Shown: positions 10,767 to 32,027 of the stretch, one piece after another
Layout: the number at the start of each line of letters is the position of its first letter
Numbering within the stretch: the first letter of the stretch is position 1
DNA from: an uncultured Chloroflexia bacterium
GTDB taxonomy: Bacteria > Chloroflexota > Limnocylindria > Limnocylindrales > CSP1-4
Direction: 5' to 3'
DNA length: 64,000 bases
Assembly: GCA_963768655.1 (NCBI GenBank)
Contig: CAVYIM010000005.1
Span: forward strand, 416,001 to 480,000
Made by a program: the position numbers and the translations under genes
Notes under the pieces: model-generated
Databases searched by the model: none
Told to the model about the DNA's origin: nothing
The model's input: the letters and a program-made list of their open reading frames with translations, nothing else

Positions 10767-11600
10767 CTATGCCTTGCCGTGCCGCGAGCGGATGATCAGC
10801 CGGCTCGAGGACTTCTTGCCAAGGCGCGTCCGATAACCCATCGCGGGCTTGCCCCACGGCGTCTTGGGCGGCATGCCCGTGGGCGACTTGCCTTCGCCGC
10901 CACCGTGCGGATGATCCCGTGGGTTCATGACGACGCCGCGAACTTCGGGCCGCAGGCCCATGTGCCGTGCCCGTCCGGCCTTACCCAGGTTCTGGTTCTC
11001 GTGGTCCAGGTTGGACACCTGTCCAACGGTGGCCATGCACTTCAGGCTGACGCGCCGGACCTCGCCGGAGGGAAGCCGCACCGCGGCGAAGTCGCCCTCT
11101 TTGGCGAGAAGCTGAGCCGCTACGCCCGCGGAGCGGACGATCTGGCCGCCCTTGCCCGGAACCAGCTCGATGTTGTGGATCGTGGTGCCGAGGGGGATGT
11201 TCGACAGCGGCAGCGCGTTGCCGACGCGCGCCTCAGCCTCGGGCCCGGCGACGACCACATCCCCGACCTTGAGGCCGTGCGGCAGTAGCATGTAGCGCTT
11301 CTCGCCGTCCTTGTAGTGGAGCAGGCCGATGCGAGCGGACCGGTTCGGGTCGTACTCGACGGTGGCCAGCCTGGCCGGCACGCCGACCTTGTCGCGCTTG
11401 AAGTCGATGATGCGGTAGTGCTGCTTCTCGCCGCCGCCGCGATGGCGAACGGAGAGCTTGCCCTGGTTGTTGCGGCCCGAGCCACGCTTCTGCGACTCGA
11501 GCAGCGGCTTGTAAGGTTCCCTGGTCGTGACCTCTTCGAACGTGGACCGGGTCATGCCCCGAAGGCCCGCCGAAGTCGGCTTGTAGCTGCGTAGCGGCAT
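10767..11600 (-). CDS. rplB: 50S ribosomal protein L2
   Basis: [27 protein letters not shown]. Confidence 0.98.
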   Translation of the reverse strand: MPLRSYKPTSAGLRGMTRSTFEEVTTREPYKPLLESQKRGSGRNNQGKLSVRHRGGGEKQHYRIIDFKRDKVGVPARLATVEYDPNRSARIGLLHYKDGEKRYMLLPHGLKVGDVVVAGPEAEARVGNALPLSNIPLGTTIHNIELVPGKGGQIVRSAGVAAQLLAKEGDFAAVRLPSGEVRRVSLKCMATVGQVSNLDHENQNLGKAGRARHMGLRPEVRGVVMNPRDHPHGGGEGKSPTGMPPKTPWGKPAMGYRTRLGKKSSSRLIIRSRHGKA

Positions 11601-11602
11601 CT

Positions 11603-11905
11603 CTAGACAGCCTCGAAGATTTCGATCTTCTGGCCGGGGGCCAGAGTCACGATCGCTTTGCGCCAGGGGGTCGTTCGGCCGCCGACGCGGCTGCGCCGCA
11701 TCCCACCGCGCTTCTCCTTGGTCTTGGTGGTCAGGACGTTCACGCCCAGCACCTCGACCTTGAAGAGCTCCTCGACCGCCGCGGCGATCTGGACTTTGTT
11801 GGCGTCGTCGTGGACCGCGAACGTGTACTTGCCACGCTGCGCCTCGTCCATCGACTTCTCGCTGATGACGGGATGGATGACGATGTCGTGCGCTGTGAGG
11901 CTCAC
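11603..11905 (-). CDS. rplW: 50S ribosomal protein L23
   Basis: GTG start [18 protein letters not shown]; [14 protein letters not shown]. Confidence 0.96.
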   Translation of the reverse strand: MSLTAHDIVIHPVISEKSMDEAQRGKYTFAVHDDANKVQIAAAVEELFKVEVLGVNVLTTKTKEKRGGMRRSRVGGRTTPWRKAIVTLAPGQKIEIFEAV

Positions 11906-12528
11906 GCGTACACCTCTTCCATCTTGCTGAGGGCGGGCTGCTCGATGAGGACAGTGTCCGCGTTGAGCAGAGCCACGACGTTGAGCGAGTCGGCCCGAAT
12001 GACCTCGACCCGCGGCAGGTTCCGCGCGGACAGGATCAGGGTCTCGTCCGTGCCCGGAGCCACGATCAGGACGCGACCGTCGGCGCGCCCGAGGGCGGCC
12101 AGGACGTCGACCAGGTCGCGGGTCCGGGGCCCCTCCAGACCTATCCCGTCGACGATCCGGATGGCATCGTCGTCGAGCTTGGCCGTCAGGGCGCCGCACA
12201 GGGCGAGGCGCTTCATCTGGCGCGGCAAACGCTGGACATAAGAGCGCGGGTGCGGTCCGAAGACCACGCCGCCGCCGGTGTAGTTCGGGGAGCGAGTGGA
12301 GCCCTGGCGCGCCCGGCCGGTGCCCTTCTGGCGGTACGGCTTCTTGCCGCCGCCGGCGACCTCGCCGCGCTTCTTCGTGTCGTGCGTACCGAGATGGCGG
12401 CCGGCCAGCTGGGCGGTCACCACCTGGTGGAGGACGGCCACGTTGACCGGCGCGGAGAAGAGCTCCTCGGGGAGCTCCACCTCGCCGATCGCCTCGCCCG
12501 TCCTCGCGTAGAGGGTCGTCTTCGGCAT
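11902..12528 (-). CDS. rplD: 50S ribosomal protein L4
   Basis: [23 protein letters not shown]. Confidence 0.98.
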   Translation of the reverse strand: MPKTTLYARTGEAIGEVELPEELFSAPVNVAVLHQVVTAQLAGRHLGTHDTKKRGEVAGGGKKPYRQKGTGRARQGSTRSPNYTGGGVVFGPHPRSYVQRLPRQMKRLALCGALTAKLDDDAIRIVDGIGLEGPRTRDLVDVLAALGRADGRVLIVAPGTDETLILSARNLPRVEVIRADSLNVVALLNADTVLIEQPALSKMEEVYA

Positions 12529-12530
12529 CG

Positions 12531-13145
12531 CTAGACCTTCTTCACGAGGATCAGCGCGTGGGGGGCACCGGGAACGGAACCCTTCACGAGCAGCAGGTTG
12601 CGCTCGGCGTCCGCACGGACGACCCGCAGCTTCTTGACGGTGGCGCGGGTGTCGCCCAGATGGCCGGCCATGCGCATGCCCTTGTAGACGCGGCCCGGCG
12701 TGGTGCCGGGGCCGATCGACCCGGGCGCGCGGTGGTCGTCGGAGCCGTGGGTCTTGGGGCCGCGCTTGAAGTGGTGCCGCTTGATGTGGCCGGCGAAGCC
12801 CTTGCCCTTGCTGACGCCTGTCACGTCGACGACGTCGCCGGCGGCGAAGAGGGTCACGTCGAGCTTCTGGCCGACCGTGTATGCGGCGGCGCCGGTCTCG
12901 TCGAGGCGGAACTCGCGTATGACGGAGAGCTTCGGCAGGTTCTTGAGCTGCCCTATCTCCGGTTTGGTGAGCCGGCCCGATTCCTCGATCCCGACCTGGA
13001 CGGCCGCATAGCCGTCGCGCTCGGGAGTCCGGAGGCGCGTGACGGTATTCGGCTCGACGGAGACGACGCTCACGGGGATCATCGTCCCGTCCGCCTGGAA
13101 CAACTGAGTCATGCCGACCTTGCGGCCGATCAATCCGATACTCAT
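12531..13145 (-). CDS. rplC: 50S ribosomal protein L3
   Basis: MSIGLIGRKVGMTQ, SKGKGFAG, HGS..HRAPGSIG. Confidence 0.98.
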   Translation of the reverse strand: MSIGLIGRKVGMTQLFQADGTMIPVSVVSVEPNTVTRLRTPERDGYAAVQVGIEESGRLTKPEIGQLKNLPKLSVIREFRLDETGAAAYTVGQKLDVTLFAAGDVVDVTGVSKGKGFAGHIKRHHFKRGPKTHGSDDHRAPGSIGPGTTPGRVYKGMRMAGHLGDTRATVKKLRVVRADAERNLLLVKGSVPGAPHALILVKKV

Positions 13146-13149
13146 CTGG

Positions 13150-13458
13150 CTACATCTTGATTTCGATGTCGACGCCCGCGGCAAGCGAGAGTCGCATCAG
13201 GGCGTCGACCGTCTTGGACGAGGGCTCCAGGATGTCGACGAGCCGCTTGTGAGTGCGGATCTCGAACTGCTCCCGGCTGTCCTTGTCGATGAACGGTGAG
13301 CGCAGGACGGTGAACTTCTCGATACGCGTCGGCAGCGGAACGGGACCGACGACATCCGCGCCGGTTCGCTGGGCCGTCTCCACGATCTGCGCCGCCGACT
13401 GATCGAGCAGCCGGTGGTCGTAAGCCTTGAGGCGGATTCTGATCCGCTGCCTTGCCAT
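13150..13458 (-). CDS. rpsJ: 30S ribosomal protein S10
   Basis: [29 protein letters not shown]. Confidence 0.98.
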   Translation of the reverse strand: MARQRIRIRLKAYDHRLLDQSAAQIVETAQRTGADVVGPVPLPTRIEKFTVLRSPFIDKDSREQFEIRTHKRLVDILEPSSKTVDALMRLSLAAGVDIEIKM

Positions 13459-13470
13459 CGCAGACTCCGG

Positions 13471-14667
<1,197 letters not shown>

Positions 14668-14710
14668 CGCGGTGGCTCCCTCGCTCCTGCTTTCGGGCTG
14701 GGTGGATTGG

Positions 14711-16789
<2,079 letters not shown>

Positions 16790-16818
16790 GAAGGTCTATC
16801 TCTCCTGCTGGGAACCGA

Positions 16819-17286
16819 CTACCACTTGAAATGGGTGAAGGCCCGGTTGGCCTCAGCCATCTTGTGCGTATCGTCCTTACGTTTGACCGCGGCGCCGAGG
16901 CCGTTCATGGCATCGACGAGCTCCGCGGCCAGCTTTTCCGACATGCTCTTGCCGCTGCGCTTGCGGGCCGCCTGGACGAGCCAGCGGACGCCGAGCGACA
17001 TACGGCGATCGCCGCGGATCTCGACCGGGACCTGGTAGGTGGCGCCGCCGACGCGGCGCGGTTTGACTTCGATGATGGGGGTGGCGTTGCGCATGGCCGA
17101 CTCGAGCACCTCGATGCCGGGCCGCCGAGCCTGCGCCTCGGCGCGGGCCAGGGCCTCGCGCAGGATTCGCTCGGAGAGGTGGCGCTTGCCGTCCGTCATC
17201 AGCTTGGTCGCGAAACGGCCGCTGAGTCGGGTCGTGGGGACGCCCTGATACTTGGTCTTGCGGGCAGTGGTGTGACGACGCGGCAT
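16819..17286 (-). CDS. rpsG: 30S ribosomal protein S7
   Basis: RRVGGATYQVP, HKMAEANRAF. Confidence 0.97.
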   Translation of the reverse strand: MPRRHTTARKTKYQGVPTTRLSGRFATKLMTDGKRHLSERILREALARAEAQARRPGIEVLESAMRNATPIIEVKPRRVGGATYQVPVEIRGDRRMSLGVRWLVQAARKRSGKSMSEKLAAELVDAMNGLGAAVKRKDDTHKMAEANRAFTHFKW

Positions 17287-17288
17287 CG

Positions 17289-17717
17289 CTATTTCTTGCC
17301 CTTCTGCTGGGCGGCCTTCGCGCCGTACTTGGAGCGGCCCTGCTTGCGGTCGCGGACCCCGGCGGCATCGAGGGTGCCACGGATGATGTGGTACTTGACC
17401 GACGGCAGGTCCTTCACGCGGCCACCGCGGACGAGCACGACCGAGTGCTCCTGGAGGTTGTGGCCGATCCCGGGGATGTAGGCCGTGACCTCCATCTGGT
17501 TCGTGAGCCGGACGCGGGCGATCTTGCGAAGGGCCGAGTTCGGCTTCTTCGGCGTCATCGTGCGCACTTGCAGGCAGACGCCGCGCTTCTGCGGTGCACC
17601 GGGAATGGGCACCTGTCGCTGGCGCAGGCTGTTCCAGTTCTTGCGCATGGCCGGTGCCTTGATCTTCGAGATCTTCGGCTGGCGGCCATGCCGCACGAGC
17701 TGGCTGATCGTCGGCAC
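17289..17717 (-). CDS. rpsL: 30S ribosomal protein S12
   Basis: GTG start PTISQLVR with SD AAGGAG; [20 protein letters not shown]. Confidence 0.97.
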   Translation of the reverse strand: MPTISQLVRHGRQPKISKIKAPAMRKNWNSLRQRQVPIPGAPQKRGVCLQVRTMTPKKPNSALRKIARVRLTNQMEVTAYIPGIGHNLQEHSVVLVRGGRVKDLPSVKYHIIRGTLDAAGVRDRKQGRSKYGAKAAQQKGKK

Positions 17718-18060
17718 GGAGACGCTGCTCCTTTCGTTCCTGGCAGTAGGTGTTGACGATGGTTTCCCGCGATCGCGACGCCGACGCGGGCTTTCGAGGC
17801 CGGGCTTGTCCCGGGCTCGGGTCCGATCGACGGGACTCTGCGCTGCCGCGGTGGCCTCCGCCGTCCGATGGGCCGCCGCAGCGGCACCCGTCGGGACATG
17901 GAGGCGATCTGTCAGGCGCGGATCGCTTCGATGTTCAGGCGGTCCGTTACTCCCCGGCCTGGGCAGGCCTGGCAGCGCGTTTTCCGCCATCCGGTTGGCC
18001 TTCTCGGAACTCGCGATCGGCGCACGCCGACCGCGGCCTCCGGTGAAGCCACGAGGGCGG

Positions 18061-18090
18061 AGTCTATCAGCAGCCAACCGAGAGTGTCAA
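18061..18090 (-). promoter_or_regulatory. sigma70-type promoter of the str operon
   Basis: TTGACA-18 nt-TAGACT with TG at the extended -10 position. Confidence 0.7.
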
Positions 18091-18157
18091 ACCTCCGGAG
18101 GCGCCGCGGACTCGCTCCGCTCCCCTATTCCGAGGCAGTCGCCGAGAGGTTCGGCGG

Positions 18158-22648
<4,491 letters not shown>

Positions 22649-22752
22649 TCCTCTCCTCCACGCCGCCGCCTGGCTCGGCTGCGTAGTTCGGACCGTGGAT
22701 CGGCGACGCCTGGCTGGCCGGGCTCAGGCGCCGCGTGATGCTTGCAGTTGGA

Positions 22753-26202
<3,450 letters not shown>

Positions 26203-26254
26203 GAACCGCTCCTTGACGGAGGAGAAAGGGAAGGGCCGCGCTCACAGAAGGAGT

Positions 26255-26282
26255 AGGATACCGCGATTCCCGCCGGTGTCAA
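26255..26282 (-). promoter_or_regulatory. putative rpoBC promoter
   Basis: TTGACA-16 nt-TATCCT upstream of rpoB. Confidence 0.55.
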
Positions 26283-26386
26283 ACGGGCGCGCCAGAAGAA
26301 CCCCAGACTTCGTCCCGGCCGACGCAACGGCAATCGTGGATTTCGGCCCGGTGGGGCAGTTGCCCGCCCCGCCGTCCGAACCAAGA

Positions 26387-26779
<393 letters not shown>

Positions 26780-26849
26780 TTGATCAGTCACTCCTCGTGG
26801 GCGTGGGGCCACGTTAGCCCCTGGCGAGTTGGTCTCGATAGGGCGCCGA

Positions 26850-27369
26850 TCAGGCGCTTTGTCTGTCGGCGAGGGCCTGCACCAGGCCGGAGATCTCCCG
26901 CAGCGGGGCGTCGAACAGGCCGGCCATGGTGGCCAGCGGCGCGGCGAGCGCGCCGGCGACCTGGGCGAGGACGACTTCCCGGCTGGGCAGGCTGCGAGAG
27001 CCGCATGACCCCGTCGGCGTCGATGACGCGAGTCCCGAGAACGGCGCCCGTGATCTTGACCACGCGGTACGGTCGCACCGCGTCGAGGACTGCCCTGGCG
27101 GCAGCGGCCTCATCGCCACGAGCGAAGGCCACTGCCGTTGGACCCTCGAGGAGGAGACCAAGGGTCTCCGCCCCGGCGTCGCGGGCAGCGATCTTCATCA
27201 GCCGGTTCTTGACGACGTGGTATGTGACGTTCTGCTTGCGCAGGGATCGGCGGATCTCACCGATCTCGGAAACCTTGAGGCCGCGGTATTCGGAGACGAT
27301 CATCGCCGTGCTGCCCCGAGCTTCCTCGGTGAGCGCCGCGACGGTCTCGCGCTTGGCCTCGGTAGGCAT
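26850..27369 (-). CDS. rplJ: 50S ribosomal protein L10, split by an apparent single extra base near 26990
   Basis: N-part MPTEAK...YRGL...VVKNRL...GPTAVAF in one frame; C-part [18 protein letters not shown]...LADRQSA in another frame. Confidence 0.9.
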
Positions 27370-27391
27370 GGGTACCTCCTGGAGTCAATGG

Positions 27392-27507
27392 CCGACGCTC
27401 GGCCGGCTCATGGCTGCGTTGCCTGCTGCGTTCCTCACTCGCGCACGTCCAAGTGCGCTCGTTCCGGTACTCGCAGGCGCCTTGCTCTGGGCTCGGCGGA
27501 GCGTCGG
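27392..27507 (+). repeat. intergenic long-hairpin repeat element, copy B
   Basis: Terminal IR CCGACGCTC...GAGCGTCGG; core CTGCGTTGCC...GGCGCCTTGC aligns with 5778-5896. Confidence 0.75.
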
Positions 27508-27649
27508 ATTCTCAGCTCCTGATTGGTTCTGCGGCGCGCAGCCGGCGCGCGGCGGTGGGCCGGTCGGGTCCGCGAACGCGGCACCGACCAAAACGCCCCT
27601 GCGACGGCTCATCGCCACAGGGGCGCTCCCACCCACGCGGATGGAGGCT

Positions 27650-27690
27650 TGGTCCCTGCCTCGGCGTGCCCGCCGGCGTCTCGGCCGGCG
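27650..27690 (-). promoter_or_regulatory. possible L10(L12)4 autoregulatory leader
   Basis: GAGAC..GGCG-loop-CGCC-GAGG resembles the AGAC...CCGAGG core of L10 leaders, upstream of rplJ. Confidence 0.4.
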
Positions 27691-27898
27691 AATTGAGTCG
27701 GGAGCCGCGACCTCGGCCGATCTCTCGGCCGGTGCCACGGCGCGACGACGCATGCTGTCTGCGGCGGTCCGTCGTATTCGGTTAGTGGCGGCCGGCGCCG
27801 GTCCGGCGCCTTGTCGCCTGGCGAGGTCCACGTCGCCGCGGCCTCGCCTCATATGTTGGCGGCTCGACCCTCGGGTCGGCCACGGCTGCCATCGCGGC

Positions 27899-28609
27899 CT
27901 AGGAGGCCGAGGCGATGGCGAGAACGGCCGGGATGTCGACCCGGATGCCGGGGCCCATGGTCGGTACGATCGTGAGCGTCCGGAGGTACTGGCCCTTGGC
28001 GCCGCTCGGGCGGGCACGGTTGATGGCGTCGACCAGGGTCGCCAGGTTCTCGACCAGCTGCTGGCTCTCGAAGCTCGCCTTGCCGAACGGGACGTGGATG
28101 ATGCCGCCCTTGTCCACCTTGAACTCGACGCGGCCGGCCTTGACTTCCTTGATGGCGCGCTCGAGATCGAACGTGATCGTGCCCGACTTCGGGTTCGGCA
28201 TGAGGCCTTTGCGACCGAGGATGCGGCCCAGCTTGCCGACCATGCCCATCACGTCCGGGGCGGCCAGGGCGACGTCGAAGTCCGTCCAGCCGGCCTCGAT
28301 CTTCTTCACCAGGTCGTCGGCGCCGACCTCGTCCGCGCCGGCGCGCAGCGCCTCGAGGGCTTTCTCGCCCTGGGCGAAGACCACGACGCGAATCTTCTTG
28401 CCGGTGCCGTGGGGCAGGACGACGGTGCCGCGGACCATCTGGTCGGCGTGGCGGGGGTCAACCCCGAGGCGGAGGTGCGCCTCGACGCTGGCGTCGAAAG
28501 ACACATAGCTGGTCTTGCGGGCAAGCTCGGCGGCCTCGGGCGGTGCGTAGAGCTTGGTGCGGTCGACTAGCTTCGCCGCCTCCTGATACTTCTTGCCGTG
28601 GTCTGCCAT
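27899..28609 (-). CDS. rplA: 50S ribosomal protein L1
   Basis: MADHGKKY start with SD AAGGAG; [22 protein letters not shown]. Confidence 0.98.
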   Translation of the reverse strand: MADHGKKYQEAAKLVDRTKLYAPPEAAELARKTSYVSFDASVEAHLRLGVDPRHADQMVRGTVVLPHGTGKKIRVVVFAQGEKALEALRAGADEVGADDLVKKIEAGWTDFDVALAAPDVMGMVGKLGRILGRKGLMPNPKSGTITFDLERAIKEVKAGRVEFKVDKGGIIHVPFGKASFESQQLVENLATLVDAINRARPSGAKGQYLRTLTIVPTMGPGIRVDIPAVLAIASAS

Positions 28610-28742
28610 TTCGGTCTCCTTGTGCGGCCCCCGGTCACCCGGTTCAGCCTCCCCCGTTTCGTGGGGTCTCCCGCCGGTCAATCGACCGGATGGCTGGCAT
28701 GTGCAGATCTACCACCACTCATCTGGACTGCCTTCCGGCAGT

Positions 28743-29168
28743 TCAGCCGTCGACCTCGATGCCCATGCTGCGGGCGGTTCCTTCGACCTGGGCCATTGCG
28801 CCGGCGATGTCTGTGGCGTTGAGGTCCGGCATCTTGATAGTGGCGATCTCGCGGATCTGGTCGCGGGTCACTTTGCCGACGGTCTCACGCCCGGCGGTGC
28901 CGGTCCCCTTCTGGATTCCTGCGGCCTTGCGGAGAAGGTCCGCTGCCGGCGGAGTCTTGAGGACGAAGGTGAACGAGCGATCCTCGAAGATCGTGATCTG
29001 GGCCGGGATCACCTGGCCGACCTTGTCGGCGGTCTTCTCGTTGTACGACTTGGTGAACTCGACGATGTTGATGCCGTGAGGGCCAAGCGCCGTGCCGACG
29101 GGCGGCGCCGGCGTCGCCTTGCCGGCGTTCAGTTGGAGCGTGAGGACGATGCGGATCTTCTTGGCCAC
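28743..29168 (-). CDS. rplK: 50S ribosomal protein L11
   Basis: [24 protein letters not shown]. Confidence 0.98.
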   Translation of the reverse strand: MAKKIRIVLTLQLNAGKATPAPPVGTALGPHGINIVEFTKSYNEKTADKVGQVIPAQITIFEDRSFTFVLKTPPAADLLRKAAGIQKGTGTAGRETVGKVTRDQIREIATIKMPDLNATDIAGAMAQVEGTARSMGIEVDG

Positions 29169-29202
29169 GAGGGTCGCGATTCCTTTCTAGAACAGGCTTG
29201 AT

Positions 29203-29322
29203 GAGCGCCGGTCCGGGCGTGTCCAGGCCAAGGCGGAGCCGAGCCCATGAGCGAGCGCACACCGGTGCGTCAGCGAAGGCGCGGAGGCGACGACGCCGGC
29301 AAAGGCCGACCGGTCGGTGCTC
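29203..29322 (-). repeat. intergenic long-hairpin repeat element, diverged copy C
   Basis: Minus strand CGGCGTCG...CTTCGCTGACGCAC-cggt-GTGCGCTCGCTC...CGCCTTG inside an imperfect terminal IR. Confidence 0.55.
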
Positions 29323-29899
29323 ACAGCTTCTCGACCTGGAGGAAGTCCAGCTCGACCGGGGTTTCGCGGCCGAAGATGCTGACCAGCACCTTGACTTTGT
29401 TCCGCTCCGGGTTGACCTCGTCGACCGTGCCGATGAACTCGGCGAACGGCCCGTCGGTAACCCGAACGTTCTGACCCTTCGTGAAGGCGACCCGGTAGCG
29501 CGGCGTTTCCACGCCCATCTGCCGGAGGATCTGCTTGACCTCCTGCTCATCAAGCGGGATCGGCTCGCTCCGGACGCCTGGAATGTTGCCCCCACCTACG
29601 AAGCTGGTGACCCCGGGCGTGTTACGCACGACGTACCAGGAGTCCGGGTCGAGGATCATCTCCACGAGGACGTAGCCTGGATACACCTTCTTCTGGACGG
29701 TGTGGCGCTGGCCCTGGCGGATCTCGATCTCGTCTTCCATCGGCACGAGCACCTGGAAGATCCTGTCGTCCATGCCCATCGATTCGATTCGATGCTCGAG
29801 GTTCGCTTTGACCTTGTTCTCGTAGCCCGAGTAGGTGTGGATCACGTACCAGCGCTTCTCGGGCGGCCGAACGGCCTCGCCAGCCTGCTCCGTCTTCAT
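29321..29899 (-). CDS. nusG: transcription termination/antitermination factor NusG
   Basis: [33 protein letters not shown]...[10 protein letters not shown]. Confidence 0.98.
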   Translation of the reverse strand: MKTEQAGEAVRPPEKRWYVIHTYSGYENKVKANLEHRIESMGMDDRIFQVLVPMEDEIEIRQGQRHTVQKKVYPGYVLVEMILDPDSWYVVRNTPGVTSFVGGGNIPGVRSEPIPLDEQEVKQILRQMGVETPRYRVAFTKGQNVRVTDGPFAEFIGTVDEVNPERNKVKVLVSIFGRETPVELDFLQVEKL

Positions 29900-29907
29900 G
29901 ACTGAAA

Positions 29908-30093
29908 TCACCCGCCGCTGATGCGCGTGGCGATCGCGCCGAAGATGATGTCGAAGAAGGCGATGTACACACCGACGACGAAGCTCACGGCCAGCACCAG
30001 AACGGTGAGGTTGCGAGCCTGCTCGGGTGTCGGCCAGTTCACCTTTTTCAGTTCTTGCCACGCTTCTGCGAAGAAGCGGCGGATCCGTGACAC
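29908..30093 (-). CDS. secE: preprotein translocase SecE
   Basis: ELKKVNWPT plus a single TM helix; between tRNA-Trp and nusG. Confidence 0.95.
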   Translation of the reverse strand: MSRIRRFFAEAWQELKKVNWPTPEQARNLTVLVLAVSFVVGVYIAFFDIIFGAIATRISGG

Positions 30094-30126
30094 GGGCTGC
30101 TCTCTAACTGGTGGATCTGACGAAGC

Positions 30127-30202
30127 TGGCAGGCGCCGCGGGACTCGAACCCACAACCCCTGGTTTTGGAGACCAGTGCTCTGCCAATTGAGCTAGGCGC
30201 CT
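30127..30202 (-). tRNA. tRNA-Trp (CCA)
   Basis: Cloverleaf, anticodon loop CTCCAAA, TTCGA T-loop, CCA end. Confidence 0.97.
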
Positions 30203-30213
30203 GCGATATCCGC

Positions 30214-30378
30214 TTACTTTGCCTCGCGGTGCAGGGTGTGCCGGCGCTCGCGCGGGCAGTACTTGCGGAGCTCGAGCCTGCCGGGATCGTTCTTCTTGTT
30301 CTTGCGCGTCGTGTAGGTCCGAACCTTGCACTCCGTGCACGCCAGCTGAATGATCGGCCGGGCGTCTACTTTGGCCAT
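30214..30378 (-). CDS. rpmG: 50S ribosomal protein L33 (not in ORF track)
   Basis: Manual translation [54 protein letters not shown]. Confidence 0.97.
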   Translation of the reverse strand: MAKVDARPIIQLACTECKVRTYTTRKNKKNDPGRLELRKYCPRERRHTLHREAK

Positions 30379-30384
30379 GGCGGG

Positions 30385-31581
<1,197 letters not shown>

Positions 31582-31627
31582 CGCGGCGTTCTACTCCATC
31601 TGGCGCGGCCTGCGCCGCTAACGGGTG

Positions 31628-31703
31628 TGGAGCCCACAATCGGACTTGAACCGATGACCTCGTCCTTACCAAGGACGCGCTCTGCCAGCTGAGCTATGTG
31701 GGC
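31628..31703 (-). tRNA. tRNA-Thr (GGT)
   Basis: GCCCACA...TTGGTAA loop...TGTGGGCTCCA. Confidence 0.97.
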
Positions 31704-31734
31704 CCGAGACCGATGCTGAGCCTCTCCGAGGGAG

Positions 31735-31819
31735 TGGTGGGCAGGAGAGGAATCGAACCTCTACAGCCGAAGGCGGCTGATTTACAGTCAGCTGAGCTCA
31801 CCACCTGCTCAACCTACCC
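31735..31819 (-). tRNA. tRNA-Tyr (GTA)
   Basis: Loop CTGTAAA, long variable arm, CCA end. Confidence 0.96.
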
Positions 31820-31878
31820 ACGAGACCTGTCAATCGGTAGCGGTGGGTCGCCCCGTTTGCCGGTTGACCTTTTTCAGT

Positions 31879-31954
31879 TGGAGCCGACGACGGGACTCGA
31901 ACCCGGAACCGGCGGTTTACAAAACCGCTGCTCTACCAATTGAGCTACGTCGGC
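31879..31954 (-). tRNA. tRNA-Thr (TGT)
   Basis: Loop TTTGTAA, CCA end. Confidence 0.97.
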
Positions 31955-31997
31955 AGGCGCAAGGGCACGCTAACGCTAAGGCCCCGGGCGCCCGCGA

Positions 31998-32027
31998 ATG
32001 ATATGGGTTGGCCCCCTCGACGGTCAA
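31998..32027 (-). promoter_or_regulatory. putative promoter of the tRNA-tuf operon
   Basis: TTGACC-18 nt-TATCAT; the -35 overlaps the rlmB stop codon. Confidence 0.55.

Noticed and set aside
28620-28740. Possible L1-binding autoregulatory site between rplK and rplA
   Set aside because: GGGAG-containing hairpins are present, but I could not match the consensus confidently by eye.
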